14,066 nt of DNA, from positions 1 to 14,066 of the forward strand of contig CAWVXU010000070.1 in assembly GCA_963934255.1 (NCBI GenBank), in the 5' to 3' direction. Below the pieces are notes generated by a model. That model was not told the DNA's origin and made no database searches. It worked only from the letters and a program-made list of their open reading frames with translations. The first letter of the stretch is position 1; each line of letters begins with the position of its first letter. The DNA is from an uncultured Fibrobacterales bacterium. GTDB lineage: Bacteria; Fibrobacterota; Fibrobacteria; Fibrobacterales; CAWVXU01. The position numbers and the translations under genes were made by a program. Below, one piece after another: positions 1 to 7,137 of this stretch.

Positions 1-44
1 TCACAATGTGCAGATATTACTTACACTCAACTTAAGTCTTATCT

Positions 45-1178
45 TTATACTGAAGCGCGGATTATTCCACCACCCACCACTCGGTCACCATCATAAAATA
101 CAGCTGATTGACCTGGAGTCACAGACATCGCTGGACTGTCCAAAAGAACCTTCACACTGCCATCTAAATTGACTTCAAATTCAAGATGACCTTCAATGGC
201 CGGAGATCGATATCTCACTTGAATTTTAAGATCCATACCCTCGGTTGATTTCTCTTTTGGGAACCAATTGAGTTCATCGACATGAAACTCTGAACTTTTC
301 AATGCACCTTTTCGGCCCAACATCAGAGTATTTGTCTCACGGTCGAGTTGAGTAACGTAAAGAGGCTCACCCGCAGCCACACCTAGGCCTTTGCGTTGCC
401 CCACAGTGAAATATTGTAGACCATCATGCTTACCTAATTCTTTACCATCAGGGCCTTGAATTTTACCCTTTTCAAATACATCTCCACGCTCATCTGCACG
501 GTTTTGTAAAAACTTATTTTTGTCACCATCAGGAATAAAGCAAATATCCATAGACTCACTTTTATCAGCTGTCTGAAGACCTGCTTGGCGAGCGATATCG
601 CGAACTTCAGACTTGGTCATTCCAGTGACAGGAAATAGTGTGCTTTGGAGATTCTCTGGAGGGATACCCCATAAGAAATAACTTTGATCTTTGGCTCTGT
701 CTTGACCGCGATAGATATAAACTCTGCCATCTGCATTTTCTGTTTCGGCATAATGTCCAGTCGCTAAATGTGACACTCCAATTGATTTGACCTTGGACCA
801 AAGTGCGTCCCATTTGACAAATGAGTTACAGTTGACGCATGGATTGGGAGTTTGTGCTTTGAGATATGCTTGGTAGAAAGGCTCCATCACAAGACGATCA
901 AAATCTTCAGTCATATCCAAAGTATAATGGGCAATACCTAATTGATCACAAACCCGTCTAGCATCCATTGAGCTATCAAGCGTACAACAAGTCTTATCAT
1001 TAAGCTCTCCTGATTTGCCAGCGTCCCAAAGCTTCATCGTCACACCAATGACATTAAAACCTTGAGCCTTCCCTTGTTCAGACATAAGAGCAGCAGCAGT
1101 AGAACTATCTACACCGCCGGACATAGCAACTGCCACTGTTGTGACCTCACCAAGTATTTCAATAAAACGATCTTCCAA
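45..1178 (-). CDS. mnmA: tRNA-specific 2-thiouridylase MnmA
   Basis: PP-loop AMSGGVDSS, TPNPCVNCN, ATGHYA, KDQSYFL, ESMDICF, FTVGQRKGLG, C-terminal VTPGQSAVFYDGDRVVGGG. TTG start. Confidence 0.97.
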   Translation of the reverse strand: MEDRFIEILGEVTTVAVAMSGGVDSSTAAALMSEQGKAQGFNVIGVTMKLWDAGKSGELNDKTCCTLDSSMDARRVCDQLGIAHYTLDMTEDFDRLVMEPFYQAYLKAQTPNPCVNCNSFVKWDALWSKVKSIGVSHLATGHYAETENADGRVYIYRGQDRAKDQSYFLWGIPPENLQSTLFPVTGMTKSEVRDIARQAGLQTADKSESMDICFIPDGDKNKFLQNRADERGDVFEKGKIQGPDGKELGKHDGLQYFTVGQRKGLGVAAGEPLYVTQLDRETNTLMLGRKGALKSSEFHVDELNWFPKEKSTEGMDLKIQVRYRSPAIEGHLEFEVNLDGSVKVLLDSPAMSVTPGQSAVFYDGDRVVGGGIIRASV

Positions 1179-1194
1179 AAAAAAATCTCACTTT

Positions 1195-3549
1195 CTAATT
1201 TTTACGAGCGCAACACCTAAATGATATAGATGGGCTTTTGTGAAAATTAACGGCTGACTGACTAACAGTCTCTAAAATATGAACTTCATTCAGTCTTGAA
1301 GTGATTGTGGCTTCAAGACCCGCAAAATAAACTTGAGCAAAATGAACAGAGTCACGGCGGTACTCATTATAATCAACAGGGAAGTCGGTGTACAAAACCT
1401 CAGCTCCATCAGTTATTTTAAACAATAAAATTTGATCCGTATAAGAGGCAACATCAAGAGTGTCATTGATGGCAACTTTGATAACCGTATCAAGCAAGAG
1501 TGAATCCATGCCTAATAATACTCGTCCATCATTTAAGCGAACTAAGGTTGTAGTGGTATCTACGTACCTGGGTATTTGACGAATCGGGAAATTTGAAGAG
1601 CGACATTGAGCAATTCGGTTAAGCGCAGAGGCTGAAACCCCATCGCCTTGAGCATATGTCCCACCTTTGAGGCTATAAGGGCTAGAAGCTTCGATACTAC
1701 TTGACCTCACCCACTCTTGATAATGGCCAGCCATATCATAAACACCTGACTCAGTGACACATCTCGTGGAGCGAGTGTTAATTTGGCTATGATGTGCACC
1801 ATCGCTATCATTGGTGCCATGATTACAATCACTAAAAAGTAAACCCTCAGAGGTCGCCGTTGATTCGTATTCGACAAGACCATAAAGCCTGGCACTATCT
1901 TGCCCGATGCAGGTATTTTGCCATACTTCATCACTACAAAGATCATAAGTCCAATCACCTAAGCTACTTTTAGCTTGACAGAAATCACTTGCGTCTTGAG
2001 CTCGTATATCTGTTTTAAATTGAGTCGGGTTGGCAGTATTTTGTCCGACTCGACGCTCTAATTGGTCGATACAATAAATTCCTAAAGAATCTTGAAGCGC
2101 AACCATATTTAACTCAGGACAAACATCACTTAACAGCGGAGCCACAGCTTGAGATATGGATCGAATGAAACTTTTGTACCCAGTTCTATCAACAGCTTGA
2201 ACTTGAACTTCAACACTTCTACCAGGTATGAAATAATCTAACGTGTCTTGGAGCCAGGCTCTTGGCTTCGCGCTTGAATCATCACCATCTAAATTAATTA
2301 ACGTGTCATTTAATGTTTCAATAATCGCTGTTGTTGTATCAAAACCTTGATAACTTGAATCAATTTGAGTGACTATATAATGGGAAATCCCTGAAGGATC
2401 ATTAGTTATTGGTAGCCAATAGAAAATTCGACGACTCGCATCTACCGAATCAGGTTTCAGTTGAAGATTGTCTGCTAGCTCAGGACGGGTTGTATCTGTA
2501 GTTGAAAACTGCATAACCAATGGACTGATAAATGAATTGCTTTCTAGATCCAAAGTGTTGCCTAGTGAGTCAAGAGCGATAATAGATAATTCATAAGTCC
2601 TGATTGGAGTGAATCCATCAAGGTAAAGCACAAATTCATCATCGGCTTCACCTGAACGACCACTATCTAAAATTGCAATATTTAAGGTTCCATAGTCATT
2701 GCCATCGTTGGGCTTGTTAGTAATGTAATCGGAGTTGTCTCTAAGAGGCTGACCATCATTTTTGGTTTTGATGAAACTCTCTGTTAAAACATGCTGGGAA
2801 TCAAGTTGACTTGAGCTAGAGTCTAGTTGCCATTTGACCGCGCTCAGCTCACTCGGCGCCGAGAGTTGATCAACATAGCTGACGGAAATATTATATCCAA
2901 AAATCATCCCATTTTCACGATTAGGAATACGCGAGAACAAATCCTCAGGGCGAGTCCAAGAGAGCTTGGCGAATTCAGGGCCGGTTTCAACTCGGACGCC
3001 CACTTGGTCGGCAGGAAAGACATCTTGAAGGTAAAATTTGGTAGGGATTCTAGCTGCTCGAAAGTCAATGCCAAAGTCGGCCCATACGACCAAAGTTATA
3101 GATCTTGTGCCGCGTTCATTGGCTTCATTAATTAATTCGGAAGTAATCTCAAAGCGTGGTAATTCACCCTCTTTGATGGTTGGCTTGAATAACAAAATAT
3201 CTTTGGACCAGCTAGTCTCATTGTAATCTTTGAGGTCACTCGAACTCGGTGTCTCACGCTCAAGAAAGGCTTCTTGAGCTTCTGCATCTAACACTACCCA
3301 CACATAGTATGACTTGAACTTATCAGGCTCAGTAAGCATCGCTACTGGCTCATCCCAACTCACAAAATACTTTGACTCTTCACCGAGTCCTTCAAATTCA
3401 ATGCGAAGCCCTGGGATCTCCCGTTCAAGGGCAAAGTTGTCTTCTTTATTTTTATCAGTGCAAGCAGACAGGAAGCTTAAAACTAATACACACATCCAGC
3501 CCAATATGACTTGATGGAATTTGGATTTTATTAGATTAATAGCATTCAT
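1195..3549 (-). CDS. Large lipoprotein with FN3/Ig-like beta domains and a C-terminal FGE-sulfatase (SUMF1/C-type-lectin fold) domain
   Basis: Start moved from 3639 (which lies in the rpmA terminator loop) to ATG 3549. Signal peptide with lipobox LSAC (Cys codon 3462-3460). FN3-like segments LSWTRP..GYNI..YELSIIALDSLGN and YW..SGISHYIV..VQVQAVDRTG. FGE-like motifs CPELNMV, YCIDQLE, LCSDEVWQNTC, CVTESGVYDMAGHYQEWV, LKGGTY, SFRCC. Confidence 0.75.
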   Translation of the reverse strand: MNAINLIKSKFHQVILGWMCVLVLSFLSACTDKNKEDNFALEREIPGLRIEFEGLGEESKYFVSWDEPVAMLTEPDKFKSYYVWVVLDAEAQEAFLERETPSSSDLKDYNETSWSKDILLFKPTIKEGELPRFEITSELINEANERGTRSITLVVWADFGIDFRAARIPTKFYLQDVFPADQVGVRVETGPEFAKLSWTRPEDLFSRIPNRENGMIFGYNISVSYVDQLSAPSELSAVKWQLDSSSSQLDSQHVLTESFIKTKNDGQPLRDNSDYITNKPNDGNDYGTLNIAILDSGRSGEADDEFVLYLDGFTPIRTYELSIIALDSLGNTLDLESNSFISPLVMQFSTTDTTRPELADNLQLKPDSVDASRRIFYWLPITNDPSGISHYIVTQIDSSYQGFDTTTAIIETLNDTLINLDGDDSSAKPRAWLQDTLDYFIPGRSVEVQVQAVDRTGYKSFIRSISQAVAPLLSDVCPELNMVALQDSLGIYCIDQLERRVGQNTANPTQFKTDIRAQDASDFCQAKSSLGDWTYDLCSDEVWQNTCIGQDSARLYGLVEYESTATSEGLLFSDCNHGTNDSDGAHHSQINTRSTRCVTESGVYDMAGHYQEWVRSSSIEASSPYSLKGGTYAQGDGVSASALNRIAQCRSSNFPIRQIPRYVDTTTTLVRLNDGRVLLGMDSLLLDTVIKVAINDTLDVASYTDQILLFKITDGAEVLYTDFPVDYNEYRRDSVHFAQVYFAGLEATITSRLNEVHILETVSQSAVNFHKSPSISFRCCARKN

Positions 3550-3623
3550 GATTGACAATTTAGAAATTTTTATCCGACTAAACCCGCCGAGATAAGGGTA
3601 TTTCAAAATGATTCTATAAAAAC

Positions 3624-3649
3624 AAAAAAGACCACTCATCAGAGCAGTC
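3624..3649 (-). terminator. Rho-independent terminator after rplU-rpmA
   Basis: Minus-strand RNA GACUGCUC-UGAU-GAGUGGUC (8 bp, two G-U pairs) followed by UUUUUUGUUU. Confidence 0.85.
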
Positions 3650-3686
3650 TTTTTTAAAATTCAAAATATCCCTTGAAAAGCTTAAT

Positions 3687-3947
3687 TTAAGCTTCTACTG
3701 GGTAAACTGAAATCTTTTGGCGTCTTTTGTCTTTTTGTTCGAAAGTAACTTTTCCGTCGATAAGAGCAAAAATAGTGTGATCTTTTCCAAGACCGACATT
3801 ATTACCAGCGTGAAATTTAGTACCGCGTTGACGAACAATGATGTTCCCAGCGATGACAACTTCTCCACCAAATTTTTTAACTCCAAGATACTTCGGATTT
3901 GGATCTCCGGAATTCTTGGTAGCACCTTGACCTTTTTTGTGAGCCAT
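3687..3947 (-). CDS. rpmA: 50S ribosomal protein L27
   Basis: MAHKKGQG..., [49 protein letters not shown] upstream, directly after rplU. Confidence 0.99.
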   Translation of the reverse strand: MAHKKGQGATKNSGDPNPKYLGVKKFGGEVVIAGNIIVRQRGTKFHAGNNVGLGKDHTIFALIDGKVTFEQKDKRRQKISVYPVEA

Positions 3948-3976
3948 ATTAGAATCTTCCTTTCAAAGTTAAGCGA

Positions 3977-4453
3977 TTAAACGCGTGTAGAGTTTTTCTT
4001 AATCTTAGCAGGCTTAGGTATGCCAGCAGCGATTTTCTCTTTACGTGTTAAACCAACAGGAGTTACTTTCTGAGCTGCAAGTGCGATAGCGCGAGCGCGA
4101 GCACGTACTACAAGCGTAGGATCTACAACAGCAGATTCTGAGCCAGATTTAACTTCAGTGATAATTACTTCTGTGAAACCTTGACGGTGACCGTTCTTTT
4201 TTTCGTAGCCTTGGCGACGTTTTTTCTTATAGACGATCACTTTTTTCTCACGACCGTGAGAAAGAATTTCACATTTTACTAGGGATTCTTCAACAACAGG
4301 GGTGCCTACTTTTACTTCACTACCATTAGTGTATAGTAAAACGGACTTGAACTCAACCTCAGACCCGACATCACCTTGATTAGAAGGGATTCGAATTGTT
4401 TGGCCGAGAGCAACTTTTTGCTGAAAACCCGCTGCTTCAACTATTGCGTACAT
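3977..4453 (-). CDS. rplU: 50S ribosomal protein L21 with ~55-aa C-terminal extension
   Basis: MYAIVEAAGFQQKV, VGTP, KVIVYKKKRRQGYEKKNGHRQGFTEV. GAGG SD. Canonical rplU-rpmA pair. Confidence 0.98.
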   Translation of the reverse strand: MYAIVEAAGFQQKVALGQTIRIPSNQGDVGSEVEFKSVLLYTNGSEVKVGTPVVEESLVKCEILSHGREKKVIVYKKKRRQGYEKKNGHRQGFTEVIITEVKSGSESAVVDPTLVVRARARAIALAAQKVTPVGLTRKEKIAAGIPKPAKIKKNSTRV

Positions 4454-4490
4454 GTTTCCTCGTTCAGTTTGTTTTATAACAGACTTCGCA

Positions 4491-4518
4491 ATTATAGTAA
4501 TTCAAGGTTAAAATTCAA
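4491..4518 (-). promoter_or_regulatory. Putative sigma70 promoter for rplU-rpmA
   Basis: TTGAAT (4518-4513), 16 nt spacer, TATAAT (4496-4491). Confidence 0.65.
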
Positions 4519-4572
4519 TACTTTATTCGTAATTCCCCCATTTCTAACCTGACTTTACCGGACTTTACTGGT

Positions 4573-6294
4573 CTAATATTCACCTTGGAACCTTATACAG
4601 TAATCTAAAAACTCATCCGCTTGCATTGGCTTGGCGTAATGGGCGCCTTGCACAACTTCACAACCTAATTCTTTTAGCTTTTCAACTTGCTTCATGTTTT
4701 CAGCACCGTCAGCGACGACTTGAAGAGATAGACCTTGAGCGAGCTTAATGATACTTGTAATAATTTTTTGATCCACTAAATCATCCACTAAGTCTTTTAC
4801 AAACACTCGATCAATTTTCAAATAATCTAACGGCAAATTTTTGAGATAAGCTAGTGAAGAATACCCAGTCCCAAAATCATCCAAGGCAATATGATAACCT
4901 TCTGATTTAAGTTTTTTAAGAGTATTAATTGACTTTTCCTGAGAACTCATGAGATGCGTTTCGGTGATTTCTAGGATAAACTGAGCTGGCTTGACTCCAT
5001 GGACATGAATCGCATGTTGCAAAACATCGTATAATGATAGTGTTTCAAATTGGCGTGGACTCAGGTTGACGCTCATTAATATATCGGCCAAACCCTTAAG
5101 TCCTAATTGGCTGCAAAATTTAGCTGACTCTTCAATGACCCATTTGCCAATGCTGACAATTAAAAAGCTTTGCTCTGCAAATGGAATAAAATGCAAGGGA
5201 GCAATTAGTCCGCGTTCGGGATGGTTCCACCTTATTAAAGCCTCACACCCGTGGATTTTCATTGTGTCTAAATTAATTTGTGGCTGAAAATAAAGTTCAA
5301 ATTGACCTTGCTCCAGGCCAATCCTAATTTCGCGCTCGAGCTTGGCTTTTTCTTGAACATTCTCACCCATTTTAGCAGAAAAATACTGAAATCTTCCTCT
5401 TCCTAAATTTTTAGCTGAATACATTGCTGTATCAGCTTTTTGTAATATTATCCTTCCCGTTGTTCCGTCTTCAGGAAAAACAGAAATACCTATTGAAACA
5501 CCCACACCTACTTCATTATCTTCAATGATCCATTTAGATTTAAAACCTTCAATAAGTTTAGCAGCAACTTGTGCAGGCTGATCTTCTTTCACAATATTAT
5601 CAATTAAGATGATAAATTCATCACCACCAAAGCGACCCACAATATCATTTTTACGAAGTACTCTTTTTAGATAATCTGAAACTCTCTTGAGCAGCTCATC
5701 ACCTATATTATGACCATATTTATCATTGACTTCTTTAAAGCGATCCAAATCCAAAAACATGATGGCAAATCTGGTTTTCATTCGAGTAGATTGAGCAACA
5801 AATTCCTCCAACCTTTGATTGAAATAGCGTCTATTCATAATCCCAGTTAATGGGTCATAATTTGCTAATTTCTGCAAATGTAACGCTTGTGACTTGAGTT
5901 CGTTTTCTCGGCGATAATTATTGGTAACGTTGTGAATATCAATATATGTAAAGTTTTCATCTTTAATTTTGATAGGATAAATTGATATGGATTGTAGAAG
6001 TTGTTTTTCTCTTTCCAAAAGATCAAACAATGGAAATGGCGTATCAAGGAGTCTTGTTGCAATTTTTTTGGATAACCCAAATTCTAAACATTTGATAATC
6101 GTATGGTGAATTCGTTTTCCCACCATATCAGGAAAAGCGGCCATGAATGTATTACCTTGAATTGCCACCCCACCATATAAATGCTCTTTTAACCATTCAT
6201 TTACATAAAGAATTTTTAATTCTTTATCAAGTATAATGACACCACTCTCAAGCGCATCAAGAGCCAAAAGAGAAAGTTCTTTTAATTGTATCAC
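4573..6294 (-). CDS. PAS-GGDEF-EAL c-di-GMP signalling protein
   Basis: PAS-like N-terminus (LDALESGVIILDKELKILYVN). YDPLTGIMNRR, DLDRFKEVND, RKND I-site, RFGGDEF. EALIRW, SVNLS, LEITE, DDFGTGYSSL, LKID, VVADGAE. GTG start 3 nt after the cheC-like stop, with a GGAG SD. Confidence 0.95.
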   Translation of the reverse strand: MIQLKELSLLALDALESGVIILDKELKILYVNEWLKEHLYGGVAIQGNTFMAAFPDMVGKRIHHTIIKCLEFGLSKKIATRLLDTPFPLFDLLEREKQLLQSISIYPIKIKDENFTYIDIHNVTNNYRRENELKSQALHLQKLANYDPLTGIMNRRYFNQRLEEFVAQSTRMKTRFAIMFLDLDRFKEVNDKYGHNIGDELLKRVSDYLKRVLRKNDIVGRFGGDEFIILIDNIVKEDQPAQVAAKLIEGFKSKWIIEDNEVGVGVSIGISVFPEDGTTGRIILQKADTAMYSAKNLGRGRFQYFSAKMGENVQEKAKLEREIRIGLEQGQFELYFQPQINLDTMKIHGCEALIRWNHPERGLIAPLHFIPFAEQSFLIVSIGKWVIEESAKFCSQLGLKGLADILMSVNLSPRQFETLSLYDVLQHAIHVHGVKPAQFILEITETHLMSSQEKSINTLKKLKSEGYHIALDDFGTGYSSLAYLKNLPLDYLKIDRVFVKDLVDDLVDQKIITSIIKLAQGLSLQVVADGAENMKQVEKLKELGCEVVQGAHYAKPMQADEFLDYCIRFQGEY

Positions 6295-6297
6295 TAG

Positions 6298-6921
6298 CTA
6301 TGACTCCATTTTGTTTTGAATCAACCGAGTCAATGGATCAATTATATTCTGAAAATCAGAATGTGTTTGGACAAATATCAACTCACTCAATGCATTTTTA
6401 TCAGCTAATTCAACACTCACTTTAACAAGAAGATATAAATCTTCTTTGGCGTCTTTGCCCATCATTTCATTTAAAATACTTCCTAGTGTGCCCTCTAAAT
6501 ACTTTGGAAGTCTCGAAGTTAACTTCAGATCTAAACTGCTTTTTAGAACTGCTAAAACACCATTGGTTATCTCAGAACAAAGGTCAACTATCACATCTTT
6601 TTCAGTTTCCGTCATATACTCACAGTGAAATTCATCATTGAGTAAATAACGAACTAATCTAATACTTGATTCCTGATCAATAATCAAAAACCCCTTACCC
6701 TCTAATTCACCTATAAATTCATGGTAAATGGCGACTACGTATCGAGTCACCCCACCTAATTCTTGAGCGATCTGATTGAGCGGACAAAAGTTCGCTGAAG
6801 CAACTGAGAGTTTGACTTCAGAGTCAACGAGTTGACTTATTTCTTCAGTGGCATGCCCTAGACCAAGATCAAACAATTCTTTGGTTTGGTCTAAAATAAG
6901 TTCTGCAGTCACTTTAATCAT
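6298..6921 (-). CDS. CheC-like family protein with degenerate phosphatase motifs
   Basis: About 200 aa with two CheC-type repeats: DQTKELFDLGLGHATEEISQLV..VKLSV, FIGELEGKGFLI, and TETEKDVIVDLCSEITNGVL..LP. Confidence 0.8.
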   Translation of the reverse strand: MIKVTAELILDQTKELFDLGLGHATEEISQLVDSEVKLSVASANFCPLNQIAQELGGVTRYVVAIYHEFIGELEGKGFLIIDQESSIRLVRYLLNDEFHCEYMTETEKDVIVDLCSEITNGVLAVLKSSLDLKLTSRLPKYLEGTLGSILNEMMGKDAKEDLYLLVKVSVELADKNALSELIFVQTHSDFQNIIDPLTRLIQNKMES

Positions 6922-6973
6922 CTTAGCTATTCACCTGTTTAAGAATTCCATTTCAACCTCATTTACACTTCAA

Positions 6974-7002
6974 ATTATAAGCAATTTTGAGTCAAATAAC
7001 AA
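6974..7002 (-). promoter_or_regulatory. Putative sigma70 promoter for the cheC-like/GGDEF-EAL pair
   Basis: TTGTTA (7002-6997), 17 nt spacer, TATAAT (6979-6974), downstream of the glyA terminator. Confidence 0.5.
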
Positions 7003-7033
7003 AAAAGCTTAGTAAATTAGCACTATTAGCTTT

Positions 7034-7067
7034 AAACAAAAAGGAGCCCACTCGCTTGAGTGAACTC
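7034..7067 (-). terminator. Rho-independent terminator after glyA
   Basis: Minus-strand RNA GAGUUCACUC-AAGC-GAGUGGGCUC (10 bp, two G-U pairs that form only on this strand) followed by CUUUUUGUUU. Confidence 0.88.
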
Positions 7068-7137
7068 TTTTGTGTTTAAAGGATTGCTTTCTTAATTATC
7101 AAGAAGAGTATAAGAAGGAATTCCGTTATTTAAATTT

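Noticed and set aside
1195..1600. Diversity-generating retroelement target (CLec-fold C-terminus)
   Set aside because: No reverse transcriptase and no template repeat were seen in the window. A remote DGR cannot be excluded.
3550..3639. 30-codon N-terminal extension of the 814-aa ORF
   Set aside because: The ATG at 3639 is in the rpmA terminator loop. Starting at 3549 gives a plausible lipoprotein signal peptide.
3948..3976. Absence of prp (ysxB) between rplU and rpmA
   Set aside because: Expected, since this L27 begins MAHKK with no cleavable N-terminal extension.
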